Positions 40,920 to 59,424 of a DNA stretch of 64,000 bases are shown here, piece after piece. This DNA is from an uncultured delta proteobacterium (GTDB taxonomy: Bacteria > Myxococcota_A > Polyangia > Polyangiales > B10-G4). Position 1 is the first letter of the stretch; every line of letters begins with the position of its first letter. The position numbers were made by a program, and so were the translations under genes. The notes below the pieces were generated by a model. The model was not told the DNA's origin. It did no database searches and was given only the letters and a program-made list of their open reading frames with translations. The stretch is from NCBI GenBank assembly GCA_963727445.1, contig CAVSGI010000012.1, positions 192,001 to 256,000 on the forward strand. The letters run 5' to 3'.

Positions 40920-40938
40920 TCATGCGAGTTCTGCATGA
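40920..40938. promoter_or_regulatory. Putative LysR box (T-N11-A with dyad)
   Basis: TCATGC-N7-GCATGA between the divergent lysR and NUDIX genes. Confidence 0.55.
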
Positions 40939-40992
40939 ATATATCGTAAACCTTGCCTTGTTTGCATGATGAGGCGGACCCCATCCTGGCTC

Positions 40993-41481
40993 ATGGCCAG
41001 AGCACCCAGCCCCACCATCGCCTTCGTTCTCGTCGTCTGCCGCCACGAGGGGCGCTTCCTCCTGGTCGAGGAGCGAAAGCACGGCGGCGGCTTCTACCTG
41101 CCCGCTGGCGGGGTCGAGCTCGGGGAGACCCTCATCGAGGCGGCCGTCCGCGAGACCCTCGAGGAGGCTGCGGTCCTGGTGCGACCGACCCAGCTCCTCG
41201 CGATGGACCATCACTGGCTGCCAGGTGAAGGGCGGGTGATGCAGAAGATGCGCTTCATCCTCGAAGCCGAGGTCGACTCTGACCCCACGCCCAAGCGGTC
41301 GGCGGACAAGCACAGCCTCGGGGCGCGTTGGGTGACCGCCGACGAGATTCACGATCTGCCTCTGCGTCACGAGGAGGTCCTCGAGTGGACCCGCCTCGCA
41401 CTCGCGACGACCCCGGCGCTGCCGATTTCGCAGTACCGGGGCATCGGCCTCTACCGGCGCCCCATCGTCTTCGAAGATTGA
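40993..41481 (+). CDS. NUDIX hydrolase
   Basis: PAGGVELGETLIEAAVRETLEEAA. Confidence 0.88.
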   Translation: MARAPSPTIAFVLVVCRHEGRFLLVEERKHGGGFYLPAGGVELGETLIEAAVRETLEEAAVLVRPTQLLAMDHHWLPGEGRVMQKMRFILEAEVDSDPTPKRSADKHSLGARWVTADEIHDLPLRHEEVLEWTRLALATTPALPISQYRGIGLYRRPIVFED

Positions 41482-41535
41482 GACGTCACCCCGGCCGGGA
41501 CTGGTGACCCCACCTGCGGTTGACTCTCCCACCGG

Positions 41536-42105
41536 ATGATCGAGACTCCGCGCATGCGCACCCGCTTGGTTTTCGCTTCTGCTCTTCTGGCCACACTCTT
41601 CACCACCGCCTGCGGAGACGACGGAGGCCCCACCGGCGGCGACTCCAGCGTCACCGTCGACTCGTCGACGGACACCGGAACAGCGCCGGACGCGAGCCCC
41701 GACACCAGCGCCCCCGACGCGGCCGCGGATAGCGCCATCGCGGACGCCGAGGCTGACACCATGACGTCCATGGACTCCTCGAGCCCGATGGACAGCTCGA
41801 TGATCTTCGCGTGCACCCTCGACGAGCTGTCGCCCATCTTCGAGTGCGCCCGCTCCTCTTGCGTGAGCCTGCCCGACGCGAGCCTGCCGGACGTGAGCCT
41901 CAGCGGCGACGCGAGCCTGCCGGACGCGAGCCTGCCGGACGCGAGCCTGCCGGATCCGGGCGAGCTCGCGACCTGCATCCTGGTCAACTGCGGGACCCTG
42001 GTCTTCGGCGTTTCGAGCGAGTGCCGCGGCTGCCTGCTGGCGGGCGTCGGCATGAACCTCGACGAGATCCGCATGATGTGTGCCCCCGGCATCGCCGTCC
42101 CCTGA
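41536..42105 (+). CDS. Cys-rich lipoprotein with LPDAS repeats
   Basis: Lipobox TTAC, Asp/Ser linker, 8 Cys in C-terminal domain, about five 15-bp repeats at 41865-41955. Confidence 0.65.
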   Translation: MIETPRMRTRLVFASALLATLFTTACGDDGGPTGGDSSVTVDSSTDTGTAPDASPDTSAPDAAADSAIADAEADTMTSMDSSSPMDSSMIFACTLDELSPIFECARSSCVSLPDASLPDVSLSGDASLPDASLPDASLPDPGELATCILVNCGTLVFGVSSECRGCLLAGVGMNLDEIRMMCAPGIAVP

Positions 42106-42144
42106 CACCGGGAACTCCGCCGCGCTCCCGCTGTCTGAGGGAGG

Positions 42145-44148
42145 GTGGGAGAGAGGGTCGCGTGCTTCATCATCGCGTTCGCCGTCGTGGCGCCACTTTC
42201 CGGCGTCGCCCTCGGCCAGCGCATCGAAGCCGCCCAGCCGGTGCGCGTCGCCTCGCAAGAGGTGAAGGTCCAACTCGGGCGGGGCCTCGCGCGCGTCGAC
42301 GTCACGCTCCGCTTCGAGAGTGAGGACGCCCGCACCGCAGAGCTGCGCCTTCTGCTGCCGCGCCCCGAGCACGGCGCGCTCGAATCCCTTCGCGCCTGCA
42401 CGCGCGGGCGGTGCGTTCCGGGCCTGCCGGACACGACGCGGTTCGAGGACCTCGACGCGTACGAGGTGGCGATCGAGGCACGTGGCGGCGCCCACCACCG
42501 AGCGGTCGCGCGGGTGGTGGAAGGGTACGAGGGGGGACCGGTCTTCGAGCTACACGCCGCGCCCGTCTCGTCGGCCGCGCCTGTCGTGGTCGAGCTCTCC
42601 TACGTGGCCCCGCTCGAGACGGTGGGCGGTCGGCTCTCACTCCCTCTCCCGCTCGCTCGAGACGTCGCCCGCGTCGCCAATCCGGCGGTCGAGGTCCTCG
42701 GTCCCGACGGCAGCCCTGGGAGCTTCGACCGAGGACGCGCGTATTGGGACATCCCCGCGGGCACGACCCTCACGAGCGCCTGGAGCGTGCGTTGCGGTGC
42801 ACGCCGCTGCGCCCGCGTCTGGACGGCGGCCGGTTACGAGTCCCCGCCCCGCGACGTCTTGATCCTCGTCGACCGCTCGCCGTCGATGCGGGATCTGCCG
42901 AGAGACCGCGTGCAGCGAACCCTCGACGCCCTCCTCGCCGAGCTGCCCGACGGGAGCCGGGTGCGCCTGGTGGGGTTCGGTGTGCGCGCCGAGGAGCTCC
43001 TGCCGCCCACCGACGTCGCGCAGGTCGACGTCGCGTCGATTCCCCTCGAGCCGGAGCTCTCCCTCGGCGCGGGCACGAACATCGACGCTGGGCTCGCCTA
43101 CGTCCACGAGCTCGCAGGTCACCTCCCCCTGGTGATCGTCCTCGACGACCGCCCGCGTCAGCCGACCAGCGCGATGATGCACGCGCTCTCACAGGTCCAC
43201 GCGAGCCTGTCCTTCCTCTCTCTCGGAGCCCGCACGTCGTCGTCGAGCGCCTTCGTCCGGACCCTCGGTCTCGCCGACGCGGGCGAGCTCACGAGGCCGG
43301 AGCTCCGCCAGGTCCTTCGCTCCGCGCTCGGAACGCTCGTCTCGCCGCTGGTCACGGTTCGGGGCCTCGGCGACAGCCCACGCTCGGGTGCGCTTCACGC
43401 CGGACAGGCGCTTCTCTTCGAGGGGGAGCTGTCGGCGAGCCACCTCGTCGTGGACGGCGCTGGCCGCACGTCACGGACCTCGCCGGCGCCCCCGAGCATC
43501 GCCGCCGGGCTCGGCGTGATGCTCTCCCGGCAGGTCGGCGTTCCCGACCGCCGCGCCTCTCGCGTGACCGTCGCCGCCCACGACCTCGGCGCCAACGAAA
43601 AGTGGCGCACTCCATGGCTCGACGCCTACCCGGTGCTTCGAAACGCGGTCGGCCCGGTCGAGCTCCGCCAGACCACGCCGGTGATGCTCGGGCCCGACTA
43701 CGCGGCGGGTCGCGTCCTGCCGATCCGCCCGCGCGTCCCGCCCATCATCCGCTGCTACTCGTGTTGCGGCGTCTCCGTCCGCGGCGCGCTCAGCAAGGAG
43801 GTGCTGAGGCGGTTGATGACGCCGGTGGAGCCGCGGGTTCGCGCCTGCTTCGCGCAGGAGCGGCGCGGGCGTCCCGACTGGTCGGCGCGCGCCGTCTATG
43901 GCCTCGTCCTCGAGCGGCGTGAGGTCGCGGCCAAGGTGGTGACGGGCTCGAACATCTCCGAGCGACTCGAAGCGTGTCTACTCGACGCGGTCGACCAGCT
44001 CGTCATCCCCTTCGCGGAGGGCGTGGTGGTGATCCATTACCCCTACGTGAGCGAGGCGATCCCTGCGGCGCCGTCCATACCGGTCGACCCGGCCCTCGGC
44101 AGCACCCTCGATCGGCTCTTCGAGGCCGAGCGCGCCGAGACGCCCTGA
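42145..44148 (+). CDS. Exported VIT-like + VWA domain protein with C-terminal TonB-C/AgmX-like domain
   Basis: LILVDRSPSM (DxSxS MIDAS), GTNIDAGL; C-terminal VRACF...LEACL...VIHYPY. Confidence 0.65.
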   Translation: MGERVACFIIAFAVVAPLSGVALGQRIEAAQPVRVASQEVKVQLGRGLARVDVTLRFESEDARTAELRLLLPRPEHGALESLRACTRGRCVPGLPDTTRFEDLDAYEVAIEARGGAHHRAVARVVEGYEGGPVFELHAAPVSSAAPVVVELSYVAPLETVGGRLSLPLPLARDVARVANPAVEVLGPDGSPGSFDRGRAYWDIPAGTTLTSAWSVRCGARRCARVWTAAGYESPPRDVLILVDRSPSMRDLPRDRVQRTLDALLAELPDGSRVRLVGFGVRAEELLPPTDVAQVDVASIPLEPELSLGAGTNIDAGLAYVHELAGHLPLVIVLDDRPRQPTSAMMHALSQVHASLSFLSLGARTSSSSAFVRTLGLADAGELTRPELRQVLRSALGTLVSPLVTVRGLGDSPRSGALHAGQALLFEGELSASHLVVDGAGRTSRTSPAPPSIAAGLGVMLSRQVGVPDRRASRVTVAAHDLGANEKWRTPWLDAYPVLRNAVGPVELRQTTPVMLGPDYAAGRVLPIRPRVPPIIRCYSCCGVSVRGALSKEVLRRLMTPVEPRVRACFAQERRGRPDWSARAVYGLVLERREVAAKVVTGSNISERLEACLLDAVDQLVIPFAEGVVVIHYPYVSEAIPAAPSIPVDPALGSTLDRLFEAERAETP

Positions 44149-44152
44149 CGAC

Positions 44153-45025
44153 TCACTCGGGCTTGCGGAAGCGCAGCGTCATCCGGTCGCTCTCGCCGAT
44201 GCCGAGATAGCGCTCGCGGTCCTGGTCTTCGAGACGCAGCACCGGCGGCAGCGTCCACACGCCCTCCTCGTAGTCACGCGTGTCGTTCGGGTTGGCGTTG
44301 ATGTCCGAACGCTCCTCGAGGGTGAAGCCGGCCGCCTCGGCGATCTGGATCACGTAGGCCTCGGGCACGTAGCCCTTCTCGGCAGACTCCTGTGCGTCGG
44401 CGCCTTCTGCCGCGCGGTGCTGCACCACGCCGAGGACACCGCCCGGACGCAGCACGCGGAAGAACGCCGCGTACGCCTCCTCGGCGCCGCCGTCGTTCAC
44501 CATGTTGTGGGTGTTGCGGAAGGTCACCACCATGTCCGCCGATCCGTCGGGGCCGAGATCGATCGCGTCCGGTGGGTCGAAGGTCGCGACCTCCACCTCG
44601 CCGAAGACGTCGGGACGCGCGGCCTGCATGTCGAGGAAGCGCTGGCGATAGTGCGCGCGCGATCCTTCGGCGCTCGGGATGGCGGCGACCAGGTGGCCTT
44701 GGCCGCGAAGGTAGGGCGCGAGGATCTCCGTGTACCAACCGCCGCCGGGGCGGATCTCGACCACCCGCATGTCCGGCTGGATGCCGAAGAACTCGAGCGT
44801 CTCCTGCGGGTGCCGGTACTGATCGCGCGCGCGATTGTCCTCCGAGCGCTGCGCGCCGGCGATCGCCGCCGCGAGGTCACCCGGGGGTGGCAGCGGCGTG
44901 GAGGCTGCCGCCGTCTCGTCGCCGCTGGTCTGGTCGGATTGATCGGTCGCCGTGTCGGAGGCGGTGCCGCCGCAGGCACTGGCGACGAGGCCGAGGATGG
45001 TGAGGAAGGAGAGCAGGCGTGTCAT
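44153..45025 (-). CDS. Class I SAM-dependent methyltransferase-like lipoprotein
   Basis: RDQYRHPQETLEFFG, VVEIRPGGGWYT, FRNTHN, IGESDRMTLRF. Confidence 0.85.
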   Translation of the reverse strand: MTRLLSFLTILGLVASACGGTASDTATDQSDQTSGDETAAASTPLPPPGDLAAAIAGAQRSEDNRARDQYRHPQETLEFFGIQPDMRVVEIRPGGGWYTEILAPYLRGQGHLVAAIPSAEGSRAHYRQRFLDMQAARPDVFGEVEVATFDPPDAIDLGPDGSADMVVTFRNTHNMVNDGGAEEAYAAFFRVLRPGGVLGVVQHRAAEGADAQESAEKGYVPEAYVIQIAEAAGFTLEERSDINANPNDTRDYEEGVWTLPPVLRLEDQDRERYLGIGESDRMTLRFRKPE

Positions 45026-45209
45026 GGCGCTGCAGTCTGGGGCCCGAGAGGACGCTTGAAAAGTCCCGAGCGAGCACACTCCGGCGACGCGTGACGCTTT
45101 GCCCCGCCTGGTGCATTCCGCCATGCCAGGACGGTGGGAGCGTAGGTGGCTCGCGGCGGCGGTGCCTGGCTCGTACGCGTCGGCATGCCGAGTGCACCCC
45201 ACGAGGACC

Positions 45210-47090
45210 ATGATGGCCGAGGCGGTCCAGGTGGATGAGGTCGGGGGCTTGGAGGAGTTCGGGCCAGCGCTTCCCGTCGGGACAGTGGTGGGCCGCTATC
45301 GACTCTGCGAGCCCATCGGCTATGGCGCGCAAGGGCGCGTGTATCGCGCCGTCAACGACATCGATCGGCGCTTCGCGATCAAGATGGCGCGCCGCGGCGA
45401 GGAGAAGATCCTGCGCGAGCGTTTCCAGCAGGAGGCGCGCATGGGTGCGATGGTCTACCACCGGAACGTGGTCGGGGTGATCGACTACGGCCTGTACGAG
45501 GGCGCGCCCTATCTGGTGATGGACCTGGCCGAGGGGCCGACTCTGGCCGACATCCTCGACAACGAGATCTTGAGCCCGGATGCAGTGGTCGATCTCGGCC
45601 TGCAGATGCTGGCCGCGATTCATGCGCTCGACGCCTGCGGCATCGTTCATCGCGACGTGAAGCCGGAGAACCTGGTCGTGCATCGTGAGGTGGATGGGGA
45701 CGTCGTCGTGAAGCTCATCGATTTCGGCATCTCGACCGCGTCTCATCGGCGTCACCACCGCATCGTCACGGGTGACGGCCTCTTCATCGGTACGCCGACC
45801 TACATGAGCCCGGAGCGGTTCCACGGAGTGGAGGCCGACGTGCGCTCGGACATCTTCTCGGTCGCGGCGGTCCTCTACGAGTCGCTCTGCGGCCACTCGC
45901 CACACCCGGGGGAGAGCGTGGTGGACATCATCGACGCGACCCTCTCGGGATCGCTCGTACCCCTTTGCCTGCGCGCCCCCGACTGTCCGGAGACCCTTGC
46001 CATGACCATTCACAGAGGACTGAGCCACAACCCGCAGGAGCGACCGTCGCATCCGGAGATCATGTCGCAGGAGCTACGCGAGGTAGGTGCCACCTTGGGT
46101 CTGCGGCGTGGCGGCGATGCGTGGGCCGCGGTTTTCCAAGAGATCGCGCGCGAGCCCTCGGGGCTCATTCCGCTTCGCATGGACACGGCGGATACGGTCA
46201 GGGACCTGCCCGCGACGCGGCGGCTCGGATTCAAAGCGGCCGCCGGCGTGCTCGGCGCAGCGCTCCTCGCCGGCGTCATCTCCTGCCTCGCCCTTCTCGT
46301 GTTGTTCGGGGCGGGGTGCAACAACGATGTGGGCGGCTCGGGAATGACGACGCCGGACGGCGACGCGTCCGTTGCGAGCCGCGACGCGGCCCCAGCCGTC
46401 GGGTCCTCCGCGGAGGACACCGGCCCTGCGACGGGCGACCTCCTCTGGCTGACCCTCGAAGACGCCACGTCCATCACGGATCCGATTCTCGGCAACGGCG
46501 CGGGCGCGGGCTTCATGACCGATCCGGCGGACGACTTCGAAGAGGGCCAGATGGGTAACGGCCTGCGGATCGATGGGGACGGCGAGTTCCTCGAAGTCCC
46601 TCAGGAGGGCAACGTCGACTGGACCCACGGAACGCTCGACTTCTGGTACCTACCCGACAACAGCCAGAACGACGGTGTCGAACACGTGCTCTTCGCCGCC
46701 GCAGACGCGACGGTCCGAGGTGGGTTCATCGGGCGCAAGGCGCCCCGAGACGAGTCGAACGCCTTCATCGTGACCTTCTACGATGCTTCCGCCGCGACGG
46801 TCGCCGAGACGCAGATCGACGCAGCGACCTTCACTTTCACGCCCGGGACGTGGATCGAGATCCGCGTCACCTGGGACTTCGAGGTGCCCGAAGGAGAGCA
46901 GGCCGTGCACGTCTACTTCGACGGCACCGAGGCGTCGTATATGACGACGATGACCATGACGCCCGCGTCCATGCCCGACGCCACCAGCGGCGCACTCCTG
47001 CGGTTCGGGGTCAGCCCCTCGGAGGACACGTCGCCTGCGGGCGGCGTGCTCGACGAGATCCACCTCGCCGCGACCGTCATGGCCCCATGA
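45210..47090 (+). CDS. Ser/Thr protein kinase - TM - LamG/ConA-like extracellular domain
   Basis: GYGAQGRVY, AIK, HRDVKPEN, DFG, GTPTYMSPE; GTLDFWY, VYFDG, GVLDEI. Confidence 0.85.
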   Translation: MMAEAVQVDEVGGLEEFGPALPVGTVVGRYRLCEPIGYGAQGRVYRAVNDIDRRFAIKMARRGEEKILRERFQQEARMGAMVYHRNVVGVIDYGLYEGAPYLVMDLAEGPTLADILDNEILSPDAVVDLGLQMLAAIHALDACGIVHRDVKPENLVVHREVDGDVVVKLIDFGISTASHRRHHRIVTGDGLFIGTPTYMSPERFHGVEADVRSDIFSVAAVLYESLCGHSPHPGESVVDIIDATLSGSLVPLCLRAPDCPETLAMTIHRGLSHNPQERPSHPEIMSQELREVGATLGLRRGGDAWAAVFQEIAREPSGLIPLRMDTADTVRDLPATRRLGFKAAAGVLGAALLAGVISCLALLVLFGAGCNNDVGGSGMTTPDGDASVASRDAAPAVGSSAEDTGPATGDLLWLTLEDATSITDPILGNGAGAGFMTDPADDFEEGQMGNGLRIDGDGEFLEVPQEGNVDWTHGTLDFWYLPDNSQNDGVEHVLFAAADATVRGGFIGRKAPRDESNAFIVTFYDASAATVAETQIDAATFTFTPGTWIEIRVTWDFEVPEGEQAVHVYFDGTEASYMTTMTMTPASMPDATSGALLRFGVSPSEDTSPAGGVLDEIHLAATVMAP

Positions 47091-47145
47091 GGCCGAGGCA
47101 GGTTCGCCTGGCGTTTTGCGGCCGACCTCAGGACACTCGGTCTGC

Positions 47146-48216
47146 ATGCCTTCGGCTCGCCTCACTCGCGTCCTCCTTTCGCTCGTTTTCGTCACCACGG
47201 GCTGCGACGGATGCCGAGAGGCCGCGACCGGCCTGGGAGCCGGCTCGGGGCTGGGGATCGATCGGCCGCCCTGGATTCGCAGCGACGGCGCGACGCGCAT
47301 GGTCTCGGGTCACGTGGTCACGGCCGACGGCGAACCCATCGAAGGCGCCGTCGTTCAGCTGATCTATCCCGGCGACCCCCACTGGCCGGAAGAAGTCGCC
47401 TACGCAGAGACCACCGACGCCGCGGGGGCGTTCTCCATCACCGCCTCCCCCTCGCACTTCAACGTCGTGGTCCGCCACCTCGGCGAGGCGCGCACCTTCG
47501 ACCCGCCCTTCATGGGATACGACCCCAATCAGCGCGTCCCGGCGATGACCATCCGCTTCGCGCCGACCCGCCCCGTGGAGATCTCCGCCGAGTGCACGGT
47601 CCCGCCGCTCGAGGACATCGTCGGTGATCCCGATCCTGTCGCCGCGTCGTTCTACTGGGCGCCGGGCGACGACCTCTTCGCGAAGACCTATCTCGGCGCA
47701 CGTGATCACACGGGGGATCATTCCGATGCCGTGGAAAGCCGCGTTCAGCCCGGGCGCGTCACCTATGTTCCCAGTCTGCCCGCCGCCGCGCGCCAATTCG
47801 GCGCCACCGTCGCCGTGCCGAGAGGCCACGTGGTGGCCATCTTCTCGGGCGGCTGCGGCACGGCGCGCCGCGAGCTCGAGCCCGGCGAAGATGCCACCGA
47901 GATCGCCCTCTCCTTGCCCGAGCCCGACGCCTCTTCACTCGTGATCCGCATGGCCTCGGACCAGGGCGATACGGTGCGTCGCCCCGCGGTCCACTTCGGC
48001 GCGGTGCGCGTCGACACGCACGAGGACGTGCGCGTCGGCCGCGCGATGCGCCTCGAGCGTCTCGCCCCCGGCCGCTACGAGATCCCCGAGACCGCGTGCA
48101 TCGATCCCATCGAGCTCCCGCCGTCGAGCGAGACCATCGTCACCATCGCCCCCGGTCGCTGCGACGTGCGCTCGGGTCCGCTCCCAGACCCCGAGCAGGC
48201 CGATTCGGTCGATTAG
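47146..48216 (+). CDS. Lipoprotein with carboxypeptidase-regulatory-like beta domain
   Basis: Lipobox TTGC; VSGHVVTADGEPIEGAVV...TTDAAGAF. Confidence 0.6.
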   Translation: MPSARLTRVLLSLVFVTTGCDGCREAATGLGAGSGLGIDRPPWIRSDGATRMVSGHVVTADGEPIEGAVVQLIYPGDPHWPEEVAYAETTDAAGAFSITASPSHFNVVVRHLGEARTFDPPFMGYDPNQRVPAMTIRFAPTRPVEISAECTVPPLEDIVGDPDPVAASFYWAPGDDLFAKTYLGARDHTGDHSDAVESRVQPGRVTYVPSLPAAARQFGATVAVPRGHVVAIFSGGCGTARRELEPGEDATEIALSLPEPDASSLVIRMASDQGDTVRRPAVHFGAVRVDTHEDVRVGRAMRLERLAPGRYEIPETACIDPIELPPSSETIVTIAPGRCDVRSGPLPDPEQADSVD

Positions 48217-48401
48217 CCCTTCCGCTTGCAGTCATCGTGCCCTAGAGAATCCGATCCGTCCGATCGGTTCACGACGCCCCCGAAATCACGCCACAATTGG
48301 CGATTCGAGGACGCCGGGCACAATTTTCGATTGACACCCGGCGGGACCCGATCCATGACGCCCGACCCACCCTCCGGGGTCCTTACCCGGGGAGATCAGT
48401 C

Positions 48402-48841
48402 ATGAAAAAGGTCATCGGTCAGATCAAGCTCCAGCTCGCGGCAGGCAAGGCGAACCCCTCGCCGCCCGTCGGTCCCGCGCTGGGTCAGCACGGCGTGAAC
48501 ATCATGGAGTTCTGCAAGGAGTTCAACTCCAGGACGCAGAGCAGGACGGGCTCATCATCCCCGTGGTGATCACGGTCTACGCGGACCGCTCGTTCACCTT
48601 CATCACGAAGACGCCCCCGGCGTCGATCCTGATCAAGAAGGAGATCGGGCTGTCCTTCGGGACGAAGCCGGGCTCCGGCTCTGCGCGTCCGAACAAGGAC
48701 AAGGTCGGCAAGATCACCCAGGCCCAGCTCCGCAAGCTGGCCGAAGAGAAGATCCAGGACATGAACGCAGGGTCGATCGAGACCGCCATGAAGACGCTGG
48801 CTGGAACGGCCCGCTCGATGGGGGTCGACGTCGTCGACTGA
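48402..48841 (+). CDS. rplK: 50S ribosomal protein L11 (one apparent frameshift)
   Basis: [32 protein letters not shown]. Confidence 0.95.
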
Positions 48842-48956
48842 GCTTTTGCGCCGTACGCCCGGATGCGTCCGGCGATCGGCGTCTCCACCACCACCTCGAG
48901 CAGTCGGGGGTGGAAGGCACACGCTTCGGCTCCGTGCCGCCAGGAGGAAGAGGTAG

Positions 48957-49666
48957 ATGAAACCCGGACGAAGGCGAAAAGACGCGATCGCCAAGGTGGA
49001 GCGTGGCAAGCATCTACACGCTCGCCGAGGCCTGCGATCTCGTCAAGCAGGCGTCCTTCGCGAAGTTCGACGAGAGCGTCGACCTCGCGGTCCGCCTCGG
49101 CGTGAACCCCAAGCACGCCGACCAGATGGTCCGCGGCGCGGTGGTGTTGCCCGCACGGCATCGGCAAGACCGACCGCGTCCTCGTGTTCGCGAAGGGCGA
49201 GAAGGCGAACGAGGCCGAAGCAGCCGGTGCCGATTTCGTCGGCGCCGACGACATGGTGGCTAAGGTCCAGGAGGGCTGGCTCGACTTCGACACGGTCGTC
49301 GCCACGCCCGACATGATGGGTCAGGTCGGTCGACTCGGGCGCGTGCTCGGTCCGCGCGGTCTGATGCCCAACCCCAAGGTCGGGACCGTCACCTTCGACG
49401 TGACCAAGGCCGTCAGCGACGCGAAGGCCGGCAAGGTCGAGTTCCGCGTCGAGCGCGCGGGCATCGTCCACGCGCCGGTCGGCAAGACGTCCTTCGAGGC
49501 CGACAAGCTCGCAGGAGAACGTGCGAGCGCTCCGTCGAGGCGCTCTTGCAAGGCCAAGCCGGCGTCTGCCAAGGGCACCTACCTGAGGAGCATCACGCTG
49601 AGCTCCACCATGGGCCCGGGCATCCAGAATCGACCCCCGGCATCCGTGGCGACGGCGGAGGCGTGA
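48957..49666 (+). CDS. rplA: 50S ribosomal protein L1 (apparent frameshifts)
   Basis: [37 protein letters not shown]. Confidence 0.95.
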
Positions 49667-49669
49667 GTC

Positions 49670-50238
49670 ATGGAGCTCACGCGCAACGACAGGCCGAGAG
49701 TCGTCGAGCAGGTCGAAGATTCGCGACAGCTTCGATCGCGCGGTCGCGGCCGTGCTCGTCGACTTCCGCGGCATCGACGTGCCGCAGCATCACCGAGCTG
49801 CGCGCCCGCTTCCGCGACGGCGGGCGTCGAGTACAGGGTGGTGCAAGAACACGCCTGGTCAAGCAGGCGCTCAAGGGCACCGACCTCGATGAACACGAAG
49901 CGCTGAAGGGTCACCTCAAGGGGATGACCGGGATCGCCTGGTCGCTACGAGGATCCCTCGGCCGCGGCCAAGATCATCAAGGCGTTCCGCAAGGAAGGCG
50001 ACGAGCAGCGAGAAGCTCGAGGTCAAGTGTGGCCTCCTCGAGGGCAGGTCCTCGATGCGCCGCGCGTCGAGGCCGAGCTCGCGACGCTCTGCCCGGCAAG
50101 GACGAGATCCGCGCCATGCTGCTCGCGCAGCTCATGGCGCCCGCACAGAACCTGGTTCGGCAGCTCCTGCGCTCCGGCCCAGAACCTCGCCTACGTCTTC
50201 GACGCACGAAGCGTGCAGTCAGGGCGAAGGCTCAGTAA
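49670..50238 (+). CDS. rplJ: 50S ribosomal protein L10 (many apparent frameshifts)
   Basis: Fragments DFRGI, ITELR, VEYRVV, LKGMT, LPGKDEIRAMLL; position between rplA and rplL. Confidence 0.85.
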
Positions 50239-50313
50239 CTCCCAAAACGTCCATTCCACGGGCGATCAGACAGACGGCGCGTCGACCGTGAACGGTTAGC
50301 GGAGATACAGACG

Positions 50314-50696
50314 ATGGCGAACATGAACGTGGATCAGATGGTCGAGGAGCTCAGCTCCTGGACCGTCATGGACGTGGCGAACCTCGTGAAGCAGCTCGAG
50401 GAGAAGTGGGGCGTCTCGGCGGCGCCGGTCGCGGTTGCTGGCGCTGCGGCTCCCGGCGCGCCGGCGGCTGCGGTCGGAGGAGCAGACCGAGTTCACGGTC
50501 GAGCTGACCGAGGCCGGCGCCAAGAAGATCAACGTCATCAAGGCGGTCCGCGAGATCACCCGCCTCGGCCTGGCCGACGCGAAGAACCTCGTCGAGAGCG
50601 CGCCCAAGGCCGTCAAGGAAGGCGTCTCCAAGGACGAGGCCGAGGAGATCAAGAAGAAGCTCGAGGAAGCCGGCGCCAAGGTCACCGCTCAAGTAG
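50314..50696 (+). CDS. rplL: 50S ribosomal protein L7/L12 (apparent frameshifts)
   Basis: [35 protein letters not shown]. Confidence 0.95.
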
Positions 50697-50999
50697 TGAC
50701 GGTTGTCCTGTTCTGCCGAGGGCGTCTTCCGGCTGTCCATCGAAGCCGCACACGCGGCGTGGCGCCCTTGCGTCCTCCGCCGCGTCTGTGTCCAAGCGAC
50801 ATGCGAGTCGCTCCGCTTCGCGACGGCGCTCGCCCGCACGAACAGTCCGGGCTCACCCGGCCTGCTCGAGCTCCTGCACTTTGTTCTGTATTTTCCGTTC
50901 GCGTGCGGTCTGACCGCGCGCTGCGCGGCTTCTTCCTTGATAGCGCGCTCACGAAAAGCACGGGTCGGTTGGCGACCGACCTCGGAGGCACCTGACATC

Positions 51000-55171
<4,172 letters not shown>

Positions 55172-55176
55172 GGGCA

Positions 55177-59357
<4,181 letters not shown>

Positions 59358-59385
59358 CCCGAAGCGCGCAAGCGCAAACGTCAGC

Positions 59386-59424
59386 CGAACGGCGCGTCCA
59401 AAAGGGCGCGCCGTTCGCCGTTTC
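59386..59424 (+). terminator. GC-rich hairpin after rpoC (probable terminator, weak U-tract)
   Basis: CGAACGGCGCGTCC-AAAA-GGGCGCGCCGTTCG then CCGTTT. Confidence 0.55.
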
